A stretch of 64,000 nt of DNA from Candidatus Marinacidobacterium sp. (GTDB lineage: Bacteria; Acidobacteriota; Vicinamibacteria; Marinacidobacterales; Marinacidobacteraceae), in NCBI GenBank assembly GCA_965223075.1, contig OZ244986.1:3421630-3485629 (forward strand). Reading direction: 5' to 3'. This document shows positions 22,209 to 32,670 of the stretch, in pieces (position 1 is the stretch's first letter; each line of letters begins with the position of its first letter). The notes below the pieces were generated by a model that saw nothing but the letters and a program-made list of their open reading frames with translations, did not search any database and was not told the DNA's origin. Both the position numbers and the translations under genes were made by a program.

Positions 22209-23780
22209 ATGCGCAGACTGGCCCTGGTTTTTTCCGCTTTCCTCCTCGCTGCGCCGCTCGCGGCCCAGGATCTCGAAACCCTGCGTCCGGTCGCCGACCA
22301 GGGCGCTGCCGAGCGGGCCAAGCTGGTCCAGGTGATGGTGGACTCCATCTTCAGCTTCGGCGAACTGGGCTTCCAGGAGTTCGAGACCTCCCGCTACATC
22401 ACCGACATCCTGCGGGAGAACGGTTTCGAGATCGAGGAGGGGATCGCCGGCATCCCCTCTGCCTGGATGGCGCGCTGGGGGTCGGGTTCGCCCGTCATCG
22501 CGTTGGGTAGCGACATCGACGGGATTCCGAAGGCGTCCCAGAAGCCCGGGGTGGCGTATCACGACCCGCTGGTGGAAGGCGCCCCGGGCCACGGGGAGGG
22601 CCACAACTCCGGGCAGGCGGTGATCGTGGTGGGAGCGCTCGCCGCCAAGGAGATCATGGAGCGCGAGGGCATCCCCGGGACCCTGGTGATCTGGCCGGGG
22701 GTGGCCGAGGAGCTGCTGGCCACGAAGGCCTGGTTCATCCGGGACGGGTATTTCAACGATGTGGACATCAACATCTTCACCCATGTCTCTTCCCGGTTCG
22801 GGGTGAGCTGGGGACAGGGCGGCGGCAACGGCCTGGTGTCGGTGGAATACACGTTCGTAGGCGAGTCGGCGCACTCGGCGGGGGCGCCCTGGCGAGGCCG
22901 GAGCGCGCTCGACGCCGTCGAGATCATGAATGCCGCCTGGAACATCAAGCGCGAGCACCTGCGCCTGCCTCATCGCTCCCACTACGTGATCACCAACGGT
23001 GGCGACCAGCCGAACGTGGTGCCGCAGCTCGCGTCGGTCTGGTACTTCTTCCGCGAACTCGACCAGCCCCACATGAAGGATCTCTTCGATCTCGGCAACA
23101 CGATGGCCAATGCCGCCGCGGCGATGACCTCCACCGAGGCCTCATGGAGCATCCTGGGCCATGCGTATCCGCGTCACTTCAACAAACCGGTGGCCGAGGC
23201 GGTGTGGGCGAACATCGAGCGGGTGGGGCTTCCCGAGTGGAGCGACGCGGACCAGGCGCTCGCCACGGGCCTCCAACGCGAGTTGGGAGTCGAGGAGCGG
23301 GGCCTCGCCACCGAACTCGGCGAGATACGCGGTCCGGCGCGTGAGCCACGCCTCGGCGGCGGCTCCGACGACATCGGCGACATCTCCTGGACCGTCCCGA
23401 CCGTGACCCTGGGCTTCCCGTCGAACATCCCGGGCGGCCCGGGTCACCACTGGGCGAACGCCGTGGCGATGGCGACCCCGATCGCGCACAAGGGAGCGGT
23501 CGCCGGCGCCCGGGTCATCGCGATGACGCTGATGGACCTGCTCCTCGATCCGTCGCTGGTGACGGCAGCCAAGGAGTACTTTGTCGAGCAGACTGCGGAA
23601 CACCAGTACACCCCGCTGATCGGCCCGGACGATCCTCCGGCGATTCACCTGAACAAGGATCGGATGAACTCTTTCCGGGAGGCGATGCGGCCGTTCTACT
23701 ACGACCCGGATCGTTACGACAGCTACCTGGAACAGCTCGGTATCGAGTATCCGACGGTTCGGGAAAACCGGGAGAACTGA
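22209..23780 (+). CDS. Secreted M20 amidohydrolase (AbgB-like), paralog 1
   Basis: ELGFQE, GHGEGHN, PGVAEE, HSAGAPWRGRSALDAVE, GGSDDIGD; signal peptide. Confidence 0.9.
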   Translation: MRRLALVFSAFLLAAPLAAQDLETLRPVADQGAAERAKLVQVMVDSIFSFGELGFQEFETSRYITDILRENGFEIEEGIAGIPSAWMARWGSGSPVIALGSDIDGIPKASQKPGVAYHDPLVEGAPGHGEGHNSGQAVIVVGALAAKEIMEREGIPGTLVIWPGVAEELLATKAWFIRDGYFNDVDINIFTHVSSRFGVSWGQGGGNGLVSVEYTFVGESAHSAGAPWRGRSALDAVEIMNAAWNIKREHLRLPHRSHYVITNGGDQPNVVPQLASVWYFFRELDQPHMKDLFDLGNTMANAAAAMTSTEASWSILGHAYPRHFNKPVAEAVWANIERVGLPEWSDADQALATGLQRELGVEERGLATELGEIRGPAREPRLGGGSDDIGDISWTVPTVTLGFPSNIPGGPGHHWANAVAMATPIAHKGAVAGARVIAMTLMDLLLDPSLVTAAKEYFVEQTAEHQYTPLIGPDDPPAIHLNKDRMNSFREAMRPFYYDPDRYDSYLEQLGIEYPTVRENREN

Positions 23781-23899
23781 CGGAAGCCGCGCCTGGCGGC
23801 CCGGAAACGGCTGTCAGGAGACCACCCGCGGGCCACTAGAATCGTGCGCCCGGCGCTCCTCGGGATGGGGAGCGCCGGCGAAGAAAGAGGTCACTCCCG

Positions 23900-25501
23900 A
23901 TGCGCGCACTGTCACAGCTCTCGCGGTCCTTGCCGGCCGCCCTTCTCGCTCTCCTGCTCGCCGCCCCGCTCACGGCTCAGGATCTCGACACCCTGCGTCC
24001 GGTCGCCGATCAGGGCGCCGCCGAGCGGGCCAAGCTGGTCCAGGTGATGGTGGACTCGATCTTCAGCTTCGGCGAGCTGGGTTTCCAGGAGTTCGAAACG
24101 TCCCGGTACGTCACCGACATCCTGCGGGAGAACGGGTTTGAGGTGGAGGAGGGCATCTCCGGGATTCCGACGGCGTGGATGGCGCGCTGGGGGTCGGGCT
24201 CGCCGGTGATCGCGCTCGGCAGCGATATCGACGGTATCCCGAAGGCGTCCCAAAAGCCGGGGGTCGCCTACCACGATCCGCTCGTGGAAGGGGCGCCGGG
24301 TCACGGGGAAGGGCACAACTCCGGACAGGCGGTAATCGTCGTCGGCGCCCTTGCCGCCAAGGAAGTCATGGAGCGGGAAGGCATTCCCGGGACGATCGTC
24401 ATTTGGCCCGGAGTGGCTGAGGAACTTGTGGGCACCAAGGCCTGGTTCATCCGGGACGGCTATTTCGAGGATGTGGACATCTGCATCTTCACCCATGTCT
24501 CCAACCAGTTCAGCGTGAGCTGGGGACAGGGCAGGGGCAATGGCCTGGTGTCGGTCGAATACACCTTCCGGGGCGAATCGGCGCACTCCGCGGGAGCGCC
24601 GTGGCGGGGCCGAAGCGCGCTCGACGCGGTGGAGATCATGAACATGGCGTGGAACGTGAAGCGCGAGCATCTACGCCTGCCGCATCGTTCGCACTACGTG
24701 ATCACGAACGGGGGCGACCAGCCGAACGTGGTGCCCCAACTCGCGTCGGTCTGGTACTACTTCCGCGAACTCGAACAGCCCGGGATGAAGGAACTCTTCG
24801 ATCTCGGCAACACGATGGCGCAGTCCGCGGCCGCGATGACCTCGACCGACGTGTCCTGGCGCATTCTGGGGCACGCCTACCCGCGCCACTTCAACAAACC
24901 CGTCGCCGAAGCGGTCTGGGCGAACATCGAGCGGGTGGGGCTTCCGGAGTGGAGCGAGGCGGACCAGGCGCTCGCCAACGGACTCCAGCGCGAACTCGGG
25001 GTCGAGGAACAGGGCCTCGCAACCGAACTCGGCGAGATGGGCGGCCCGGTTCAGGAGCCGCGTCTGGGAGGCGGTTCCGACGACATCGGCGACATTTCCT
25101 GGGCCGTGCCCACCGTGACCATGCGCTTCCCATCGAACATTCCGGGTGGCCCGGGGCACCACTGGGCGAACGCGGTGGCGATGGCGACTCCGATCGCGCA
25201 CAAGGGAGCGTCCGCCGGTGCGCGCGTGATCGCCATGACCCTCATGGACCTCTTGCTTGATCCCGAACTCGTCCCGGCGGCGGAGGAGTACTTCGCCGAG
25301 CAGACCGCCGAGCACCAGTACACCCCGCTGATCGGCCTCGACGATCCTCCCGGGATTCACCTGAACGAGGACCGGATGAACTCGTTCCGGGAAGCGATGC
25401 GGCCCCTTTACTACGACCCGGAGAACTACGACAGCTATCTCGAGCAGCTCGGCATCGAGTACCCCACCGTCCGCCCGGAGGCGGAAGAACCGCAGAACTG
25501 A
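23900..25501 (+). CDS. Secreted M20 amidohydrolase (AbgB-like), paralog 2
   Basis: Same motifs; collinear and highly similar to paralog 1. Confidence 0.9.
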   Translation: MRALSQLSRSLPAALLALLLAAPLTAQDLDTLRPVADQGAAERAKLVQVMVDSIFSFGELGFQEFETSRYVTDILRENGFEVEEGISGIPTAWMARWGSGSPVIALGSDIDGIPKASQKPGVAYHDPLVEGAPGHGEGHNSGQAVIVVGALAAKEVMEREGIPGTIVIWPGVAEELVGTKAWFIRDGYFEDVDICIFTHVSNQFSVSWGQGRGNGLVSVEYTFRGESAHSAGAPWRGRSALDAVEIMNMAWNVKREHLRLPHRSHYVITNGGDQPNVVPQLASVWYYFRELEQPGMKELFDLGNTMAQSAAAMTSTDVSWRILGHAYPRHFNKPVAEAVWANIERVGLPEWSEADQALANGLQRELGVEEQGLATELGEMGGPVQEPRLGGGSDDIGDISWAVPTVTMRFPSNIPGGPGHHWANAVAMATPIAHKGASAGARVIAMTLMDLLLDPELVPAAEEYFAEQTAEHQYTPLIGLDDPPGIHLNEDRMNSFREAMRPLYYDPENYDSYLEQLGIEYPTVRPEAEEPQN

Positions 25502-25568
25502 CGGTCGAGCCCGTGCGCCCGAGGTGTGACTCGGGCGCTCCAGTGCCGGATCCGGGGTGGTGAGAGGG

Positions 25569-26003
25569 TCAGCCGCCAGCGAGAGGCGTGACCAGGCGGG
25601 CAACCGCCGGTACAAGCACGCCTCCAAGCAGAGAGAGGACGGTGACTCCCCCGATCACCCCCATGATCCACATCATGGCCCGCATCTGACCCAGCAGCTG
25701 ATTCTGGAGATCGCGCAGTTCCCTCGTTTCCCGGTGCTGCCGTTTGAATCCCTTCCTTGTCTGTTTCTCCAGCCGGATGATCCGCCGCCGGTTTGCCTGG
25801 ATGCCGCTCTGCAACTCGCGGATGGTGGGCTCGCGACCGGTTCCGCCAGCGGCCTGCCGCATTTCCGTCGCCGGTCCGGTGTCGGGCACGTCCCCTTTTG
25901 TCCGCCGGGAACGAGAGTACTCCGCGTCGTGGGCGGGAGCAACCGGCCCTGGCCGGTCCGCGGTCGATTCCGCAATGGCTTCGCCTGCCAGATGGTCCTG
26001 CAT
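25569..26003 (-). CDS. Hypothetical coiled-coil protein with C-terminal TM helix
   Basis: GAGGAGG SD before ATG; heptad-rich middle; MMWIMGVIGGVTVLSLLGG hydrophobic tail. Confidence 0.6.
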   Translation of the reverse strand: MQDHLAGEAIAESTADRPGPVAPAHDAEYSRSRRTKGDVPDTGPATEMRQAAGGTGREPTIRELQSGIQANRRRIIRLEKQTRKGFKRQHRETRELRDLQNQLLGQMRAMMWIMGVIGGVTVLSLLGGVLVPAVARLVTPLAGG

Positions 26004-26163
26004 GGGGGAACCTCCTCGGGTTCACGAGCGGCCGGGTCGCAATGCGGAGAGCGCCGCAAGACTCCCCGCCACCATCTATTGACGGAATTCCCGGCGATTT
26101 CTTCTCACTGTGAAAGTCCGAGGGGTGTCACGGTTGTCGCTGCGCTGCGTGCTGCGATGCCGG

Positions 26164-26305
26164 TACCCACCGGGAGAAACCTCCATGATCGGGTCCTCCT
26201 GCACACCCCGCGGGTCCTGAAAGGCGTTCATCGAGGCTGGTTTCGCGCTCCCGCGCGATGCCGACCGGAGGTCGGCGTTCCAAGCCGTCCCCGCGCTTCT
26301 TCTCG
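26164..26305. repeat. Family B element (left end plus REP module)
   Basis: CCCACCGGGAGAAACCTCCATGATCGGGTCCTCC...TGCCGACCGGAGGTCGGCGTTCCAAGCC. Confidence 0.7.
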
Positions 26306-26382
26306 CTCGGCCGTACGCGGGTTTCCCGGCCCTGCGGGCCGAAAAAAACAATGGCGGCGAACCCGGAGGGTTCGACGCCGGC

Positions 26383-26570
26383 GTGACCGGGGGGTGGGTG
26401 TGGGCGGGGGCACCCCCCCGCCCACAAGAAAGACAGCGCGAATGGGAACTCGGCTGCGGCTGTAGAGCGCGCTTATGGTTCAGACTCGCACGACATGCAA
26501 GCGGCGAGTTTCCATTCGAGGCACGAAGTGCCGTTCGGCGTGGGGGTGGGGCGCGCTACACAAATCCGTC
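26383..26570. repeat. Family D GC-hairpin repeat (related to 60400-60629)
   Basis: GGGTGTGGGCGGGGGCACCCCCCCGCCCACAAGAAAGAC...CGTGGGGG...CACAAATC. Confidence 0.5.
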
Positions 26571-26625
26571 CTATGACGAATCGCAAACGCGAACCGGCGC
26601 CCCGCCCCCAGGCCGACCAGCGCGG

Positions 26626-26705
26626 TGCCGAAGCAGGGATTTGAACCCTGACACTAGGAGTACTGCGCCCTGAACGCAGCGCGTCTGCCGTTCCGCCACT
26701 TCGGC
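26626..26705 (-). tRNA. tRNA-Leu (anticodon CAG), CCA not encoded (CCG)
   Basis: GCCGAAGTGGCGGAACGGCAGACGCGCTGCGTTCAGGGCGCAG...CAGGGTTCAAATCCCTGCTTCGGCA cloverleaf. Confidence 0.9.
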
Positions 26706-26730
26706 CCGCGGAGCGCGCGAGTCTAGCAGC

Positions 26731-28776
26731 GTGGTGGCCAGATCGAGTCACGGCGCGAGGCGGCGCCGGAGGGACGAGCGCGATGCGTCCCGCATGGTTC
26801 GGGGGCGCTTTCAAGGGCGATCTCAGGGCGACGGCTGGGTTGTCCCCGAGGGCCATGAATCCCTGGAAGACATCCACGTCACTCCCAGCCGGGTCGGTGG
26901 GGCGCTGCCGGGGGACCTGGTCGAGGCCGAGGTTTCGTTCCGCACCCGGCGCGGCCGGCTGGAGGGCGCGGTCGTGCGCGTGCTCACCCGCACGACCGCC
27001 CGGGTTGTCGGGCTGTTCACCGGGGAGCGGACCGTCGCGGTCTGGGATCGGCAGTGGGCGCGCGAGATTCTCGTACCTTCCGGCGGCGCTCGCCCCGGGG
27101 ATCTCGTGGAAGTCCGGATTCGCCGCTTCCCCGCGCCCGGGCAGCCGGTGATCGGGGAAGTGACCGCGGTATTCGGCGCCGGTGACGACCCGGGGGCGGA
27201 ACTCCTCGCGGTGCTTGCGCGGCACGGGATCCGGGACGAGTTTCCCCCGGCGGCACTCGCCCAGGCGGAGGCTGCCCCTGCCGCTGTCGGACCGGGCGAT
27301 CTGGGGGGCCGTGAGGACCTGCGCGGCCGCCTCATCCTGACCATGGATCCGGAAGACGCCCGAGATCACGACGACGCGATCGAGGCGACCGAACTTCCCG
27401 GCGGCGGTTTCGAGATCGGTGTCCACATCGCCGACGTCAGCCACTACGTCCCCTCCGGCAGTCCGGTGGACGAGGAGGCGGCGCGGCGAGGGACCTCGGT
27501 GTATTTCCCCGAGCGCGCCATCCCGATGCTGCCCGAGGCGCTTTCTTCGGGCATCTGCTCGCTGTTTCCCGAGGTGGACCGGCTCGTGCAGTCGGCGAAC
27601 CTGCGCATCGGTTCGGACGGAAACCTCCGGGAGGCCCGCTTCTTCCGCAGCGTCATCCGGAGCGCCGCCCGGCTGTCCTACGAGGACGGGGCGCGCCTGC
27701 TCCTGGGGGACGATCCCGGTTCGATCGGTACGGCCGTCCGGACCATGGGCCGCGCCGCCGCTCTCCTGGGAAAGGCGCGCCTCCGGCGCGGTGCGATGGA
27801 TCTCGACCTGCCCGAACCGGTGGTCACCACCGACGCGGAGGGCAACCTGCTTGACGCCCGGTACGCCGAGCGAAACGACGCGCACCGCCTGGTGGAGGAT
27901 TTCATGCTGCTGGCCAACCAGGCGGTAGCCGAGCACCTCCGAAGCACCAATACGCCAGCGCTGCACCGGGTCCACACAACTCCCGACGAGACCCGCATCG
28001 ACGCCTTCGAGGATCTCCTGACCGGCTTTGGAGAACGATTGCGTGTTCCGTCAGAGCCGCTCCGGCCCGTCCATTGCGCCCGGCTTCTGACCCGCATCGA
28101 AGGCCGCCCGGAAGCGCCCTTCCTCCGCCGGAAGCTTCTCCGAGCCATGAAGAAGGCGGAGTACTCGCCCCGTGGGGCAGGGCACTTCGCGCTGGCGCTG
28201 CCGGACTACACCCATTTCACTTCGCCCATCCGGCGGTACCCGGACCTCATCGCCCATCGGGCGCTGGCCGCCGCGACGGATCTTGCCGGATATCCGCACG
28301 CCCAGGCGCTGCCGGCGCTGGCGGCCACCTGTTCCGGGGCCGAGCGAAGCGCCGAGGCGGCCGAAAGGGACCTGGTGGAACGCCGGATCGCCCGCCTCCT
28401 CGGGGGGCGGCTCGGGGACACCTTCGCCGCCCGCGTTTCCGAGACCGGCCGTTTCGGTCTCGCGATCGAACTCGAGGACATTCCCGCCCGCGGCACCGTC
28501 CCGATGGAACTGCTACCGGGCGGGCGCTTCCGTTTCCACCGGCAGGACTACTCGCTCCGGTGTCCGGCAACCGGCCGGAGTTTCCGGATCGGCGATTCGC
28601 TTGATGCGCAGTTGGTCCGGGTGGATGCGCTTCTGGGCGATCTGGAATTCGGGTTGGGCGCGGAGCCCGAGCGCAGCACGAGGGCTGCTAGGCCAGAAGG
28701 CGGCCGGGGTCGTCGTCGTCGGCGCTCGCCTCGCGAAGCGGAGCGTTCGGGCCGCCGACCGGCACGGCGACGGTGA
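26731..28776 (+). CDS. rnr: Ribonuclease R (RNase II family)
   Basis: TMDPEDARDHDDA, VHIADVSHYV, YTHFTSPIRRYPDL, S1 domain and basic tail. Confidence 0.9.
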   Translation: MVARSSHGARRRRRDERDASRMVRGRFQGRSQGDGWVVPEGHESLEDIHVTPSRVGGALPGDLVEAEVSFRTRRGRLEGAVVRVLTRTTARVVGLFTGERTVAVWDRQWAREILVPSGGARPGDLVEVRIRRFPAPGQPVIGEVTAVFGAGDDPGAELLAVLARHGIRDEFPPAALAQAEAAPAAVGPGDLGGREDLRGRLILTMDPEDARDHDDAIEATELPGGGFEIGVHIADVSHYVPSGSPVDEEAARRGTSVYFPERAIPMLPEALSSGICSLFPEVDRLVQSANLRIGSDGNLREARFFRSVIRSAARLSYEDGARLLLGDDPGSIGTAVRTMGRAAALLGKARLRRGAMDLDLPEPVVTTDAEGNLLDARYAERNDAHRLVEDFMLLANQAVAEHLRSTNTPALHRVHTTPDETRIDAFEDLLTGFGERLRVPSEPLRPVHCARLLTRIEGRPEAPFLRRKLLRAMKKAEYSPRGAGHFALALPDYTHFTSPIRRYPDLIAHRALAAATDLAGYPHAQALPALAATCSGAERSAEAAERDLVERRIARLLGGRLGDTFAARVSETGRFGLAIELEDIPARGTVPMELLPGGRFRFHRQDYSLRCPATGRSFRIGDSLDAQLVRVDALLGDLEFGLGAEPERSTRAARPEGGRGRRRRRSPREAERSGRRPARRR

Positions 28777-30628
28777 ACCGCGAGCCGCTGCCCGGCGCAC
28801 TTTCGACCTCGATGCGCCCACCCAGGAGTTCCGCGGTGTGCTTGGCAATCGCGAGGCCGAGTCCCGTGCCGCCCACTTCACGCGAGCGAGCCGGATCCAC
28901 CCGGTAGAAGCGTTCGAAGATCCGGCTTTGGTGAGCCTTGGGGATTCCCACGCCGTTGTCAGTGACCGAGATCAGGGCTTCGCCGTTCGAACACTCGGTC
29001 GCGACCTCTACCCGCCCGTCCTCCCCGGAGTACTGGATGGCGTTGTCCACCAGGTTCTGCAAGATCTCCGTGAGCAGGGTTGGGTCGGTCTCGACCTCCA
29101 TCGGCTCTCGGGGTCCCGCGGTCGTCAGCTTCCGCTCCCCCGCCTTCATTCGCGCCGATTCCACGACCGATTCGACCAACGCCTCCACCCGCACGGGAAC
29201 GGTTTCCGTCTCCAGTTTGCCTGCCTCGATCCGGGCGAGCCGCAGCAGGTCGTCGGTGAGGCGCGACAGGCGAATGGAATGCTGCCGGATGATCCCGAGG
29301 AATCGTTTCTGCTCCGGCGGAGCGTCCATGTCGGCGTCCAGCAAGGTCTCCGAGAAACCACGGATCGCCGTCAGGGGCGTCTTCATCTCGTGCGACAGAT
29401 TGGCGACGAAATCGCGCCGTACCCGCTCCAGTGCGTGGAGTTGGGTCACGTCCATCAGCACGAGGACGGCTCCCGCCGGCTGGGACTCCGGAGATCCGTT
29501 CCCCTCAAGGCGGGAAGCCATGGGTAATTCGGGCTCGTAGGAACGGATGGGGGCCGCGCGGACCAGAACCTCCCTCTCTTTCAGGGAGATCTCGCGTTCG
29601 CGGGATTTCCCTCTCATCGCGGCTCGGACCATCTTCAGGAGGCGCTTTTGTTCGAGGACGTTCCGCGCATCCCGCCCCCGATAGTCCCGCCAGGACTCAC
29701 CGGGAAGGGAAAGCACCTCGCGAAAGGCTCCGTTCACGTACTGGATCCGGAGTTCCTCGTCGAAAACCGCGACGCCTTCGGCCACGCTTGACAGGATTGT
29801 GGCGCCTTGGTTTTTCTCGGCGGTCAGAGACTGGAAGCTACGTTGCAGCTCCTGCGCCGTCCGGTTCAGGGAGGTCAGCAACTGGTCGAGCTCGTCCATC
29901 TTGAGAGGCGCGTCCTCCGGGGTGAAATCACCCCGGGCCACCCGTTCCGAGAACCGGCAAAGCTGCGCCACGCGCTCTCCGAAGCGGGCCGAATACCAGA
30001 AGGAAAGACCGGCAGCCACAATGAAGGCCAGGAGCGTCACCACGACCACGGGAGTCAGGATGGCGCGCACGGTTTCTTCGAGCTGGATGACCGGTTCCGA
30101 GAGGCGCAACACGGTGTCTTCGCTCCACGGGAGCCGGACTGCCACGTAGTTGAGTTCCTCGCCACGGGTGTCGCTGAACCGCTGCGAGCGGCCATAGCCG
30201 GAGGCGAAGGCCGCCACGATTTCCGGTCGGTCCCGGTGGTTGTCCATCGTCCGGACGTCTTCGTGGGAGTCCGCGAGCACGGTTCCGTCGCGCGCAATCA
30301 ACGTCATCCGGCGTTCTCGCCGCGTAGGAGTCAGCTTTTCCGCATCGGCGCCGCCTCCGAACGAGGCAAAGCCCATGGACCACTCCCGAAGAGCCTCAGT
30401 GGAGGTGTCGTCAGGCGGATTCGCGAGTCCGGCCTGGGCCACCCCGTCCAGGATGGCGAAGGTGGAAGTCGCGGCGCTTTCCCTCACGACCTGCGCCGTC
30501 GTCGCGAGGACGGCGATGAGCGCCGCCAGCGCGACCAGCAGGCTGGCCGCCGTCAGCCGGATGGCCAGTCGGGACGGGCGGGGGAGACGCCAGCGCCTTT
30601 TGCCGGAGTCCGCCGCCGGGAGCCTCAA
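28688..30628 (-). CDS. phoR: PhoR-like sensor histidine kinase (HAMP-PAS-HisKA-HATPase)
   Basis: MDNHRDRPE, RRDFVANLSHEMKTPLT, IFERFYRVDPARSREVGGTGLGLAI. Confidence 0.85.
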   Translation of the reverse strand: MRLPAADSGKRRWRLPRPSRLAIRLTAASLLVALAALIAVLATTAQVVRESAATSTFAILDGVAQAGLANPPDDTSTEALREWSMGFASFGGGADAEKLTPTRRERRMTLIARDGTVLADSHEDVRTMDNHRDRPEIVAAFASGYGRSQRFSDTRGEELNYVAVRLPWSEDTVLRLSEPVIQLEETVRAILTPVVVVTLLAFIVAAGLSFWYSARFGERVAQLCRFSERVARGDFTPEDAPLKMDELDQLLTSLNRTAQELQRSFQSLTAEKNQGATILSSVAEGVAVFDEELRIQYVNGAFREVLSLPGESWRDYRGRDARNVLEQKRLLKMVRAAMRGKSREREISLKEREVLVRAAPIRSYEPELPMASRLEGNGSPESQPAGAVLVLMDVTQLHALERVRRDFVANLSHEMKTPLTAIRGFSETLLDADMDAPPEQKRFLGIIRQHSIRLSRLTDDLLRLARIEAGKLETETVPVRVEALVESVVESARMKAGERKLTTAGPREPMEVETDPTLLTEILQNLVDNAIQYSGEDGRVEVATECSNGEALISVTDNGVGIPKAHQSRIFERFYRVDPARSREVGGTGLGLAIAKHTAELLGGRIEVESAPGSGSRFTVAVPVGGPNAPLREASADDDDPGRLLA

Positions 30629-31329
30629 GACGGGGGTTCGAAGCGATAGCCGGCGCCCCGAACCGTCTTCAGGAGCGAAGGCTGGCCCGCGACGTCCACC
30701 TTCTGCCGGAGGCGCCGCACGTAGACGTCAACGCTTCGGAGCGTGATGTACTTCTCGCGTCCCCACACCCGGTCAAGGAGTTGCTCCCGGGAGAAGACCC
30801 GTCGCGGGTGGGACGCCAGACAGTGGAGCAGCTTGAACTCCAGGTGGGTCGCGGGAAGGTCCTCTCCGGCTCGCTGCACCCGGTGTGAAGTCGGGTCGAT
30901 CACGAGGTCGCCGAATTGGAGGTTTCCATCACCAGCCGATGGAGCCGGCGCCGCGGCCCGTCCCGTCCGGCGGAGCACCGCTCCCACCCGGGCCACCAGT
31001 TCCCGCGGGCTGAATGGTTTGGTGATGTAGTCGTCGGCTCCGAGTTCGATGCCGGCGATTACATCGGCCTCTTCGCTCCGCGCGGTCAACATGATGACCG
31101 GGAGGTTCTGGTATTCGGAATCCCGGCGCAGACGCCGGCACAACTCGAACCCGCTGATCTCGGGCAGCATCAGATCCAGGATCAGCAGATCGGGCCGCTC
31201 CCGCTGCAACTGGGCGAGCCCTTCCGAACCGGCGCTGGCGGAACTCACCTGGTAGGACTCGCGCTCCAGGTTGTAACGGAGCAGTTCGACGATGTCGGGA
31301 TCGTCTTCGATGACCAGGATGTGTTTCAC
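30625..31329 (-). CDS. phoB: PhoB/OmpR-family response regulator
   Basis: LDLMLP, GADDYITKPFSPREL, winged helix SVDVYVRRLR, TVRGAGY; coupled to the phoR-like gene. Confidence 0.8.
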   Translation of the reverse strand: MKHILVIEDDPDIVELLRYNLERESYQVSSASAGSEGLAQLQRERPDLLILDLMLPEISGFELCRRLRRDSEYQNLPVIMLTARSEEADVIAGIELGADDYITKPFSPRELVARVGAVLRRTGRAAAPAPSAGDGNLQFGDLVIDPTSHRVQRAGEDLPATHLEFKLLHCLASHPRRVFSREQLLDRVWGREKYITLRSVDVYVRRLRQKVDVAGQPSLLKTVRGAGYRFEPPS

Positions 31330-31372
31330 GGCCGGAGAGATCGTACACACAGTCGGGGCGTATGCTCCCGCC

Positions 31373-31555
31373 AGCAGCGTGCGGATAAAGTCCCGTGAGC
31401 GCCGAGAGTGGCGAGGCGCCCGGCTGACAAGACGCGCGAGGGAGGAATACCGAGTGTATTTCGACCGAAGCGCAACGATGAGCGACGCGCAGCGACGCGG
31501 TTCAGCCGGGATGCATTGCCGCTCAAACGCCGCGGGACTTTATTTGTAGGCTGCT
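31373..31555. mobile_element. MITE family A copy (degenerate termini)
   Basis: Conserved GACAAG...GGAGGAATACCGAGTGTATTTCGACCG core; ATAAAGTCCC / GGGACTTTAT inverted repeat. Confidence 0.75.
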
Positions 31556-31559
31556 CCCC

Positions 31560-32399
31560 ATGCCCGAACCGAAGATTGCGTTTCAGGGATACCCCGGCTC
31601 GTACTCCGACCTGACCTGCCGGGACCGGTATCCGGATCATGAGCCGCTGGCCTGCGAGGGTTTTGAGGACACGTTCGCGGCAGTGGCGGAGGGGAGCGCG
31701 GAACTCGCGATGATCCCCATCGAGAATTCGGTGGCCGGACGAGTCGCTGACATCCATCACCTCCTGCCCGAATCCCGTCTGCAAATCGTCGGCGAAGCCT
31801 TTCACCGGGTGCGGCACCAGCTCCTTGGGCTGCCCGGAGCCACGCTCGGCGGACTCCGGACCGTCCACAGCCACCCGCACGCGCTCGCCCAGTGCCGGCA
31901 ATTCATCAGCAACCGACGCCTCCGCCCAGTGGCGGAGGCGGATACTGCCGGGGCCGCGATCCTGATCGCGAAAAGCGGAGACCCCACGAAGGCGGCGATC
32001 GCCTCGGCGCTTGCCGCCGGGATTCACGGGCTCTCGGTACTGGCGCCGGACATCGCGGACATCTCGCTGAACGTCACCCGCTTCCTCGTCATGGCCCGGG
32101 AGCCGGTTACGGTTCCGCGCGACGCCGACGCGATCACCACGTTCGTGTTCCAGGTGCGGAATCTCCCGGGCGCCCTCTACAAGGCGCTCGGCGGCTTCGC
32201 GACTAATGGAGTGAACATGCAGAAGCTCGAAAGCTACATGCTGGACGGCTCGTTCACCTCGACTCAGTTCTATTGTGACGTGGCTGGCCATCCCGAGCAC
32301 TCCGGGGTGGCGAAGGCGCTCGAAGAACTCCGCTTCTTCTCCCGGTCGGTCAGGATCCTGGGGGTCTATCCGGCCGACCCGATGCGCAGCTCCCGCTGA
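31560..32399 (+). CDS. pheA: Prephenate dehydratase
   Basis: IAFQGYPGSYS, PIENS, SHPHALAQC, NVTRF, ACT domain with KLES. Confidence 0.93.
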   Translation: MPEPKIAFQGYPGSYSDLTCRDRYPDHEPLACEGFEDTFAAVAEGSAELAMIPIENSVAGRVADIHHLLPESRLQIVGEAFHRVRHQLLGLPGATLGGLRTVHSHPHALAQCRQFISNRRLRPVAEADTAGAAILIAKSGDPTKAAIASALAAGIHGLSVLAPDIADISLNVTRFLVMAREPVTVPRDADAITTFVFQVRNLPGALYKALGGFATNGVNMQKLESYMLDGSFTSTQFYCDVAGHPEHSGVAKALEELRFFSRSVRILGVYPADPMRSSR

Positions 32400-32616
32400 C
32401 AGCCTGTGGAAGAGTGGCGTGAGCGCCGAGAGCGGCGAGGCCCAGTTCTCCCGGTGGGGGTCCGGCTGACAAGGCGCGCGAGGGAGGAGCCCCCACCGGG
32501 AGAACTGGCCCGGGTGTATTTCGACCGAAGCACAACGATGAGCGACGCGAAGCGGCGCGGTTCAGCCGGGATGGATCGCCGGTCGAACGCCGCGTGGGTT
32601 TTGCCACAGGCTGTTA
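32398..32616. mobile_element. MITE family A copy with two C units
   Basis: CAGCCTGTGG...CCACAGGCTGTTA; C units at 32442 and 32489. Confidence 0.85.
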
Positions 32617-32670
32617 ACGCTCGGGGCCGTGGGGGACACGGGTTTTGGAAGATGCAACGCCAGGGGTGAA

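Noticed and set aside
23767-23779. ACCGGGAGAACTG (13-nt match to unit C) at the end of amidohydrolase 1
   Set aside because: Lacks the GCCCCC head and is explained by a local REN-REN codon duplication; probably coincidence.
28688-28776. 89-bp convergent overlap of rnr and phoR
   Set aside because: Both tails are low-complexity extensions, common in GC-rich genomes; no sign of special function.
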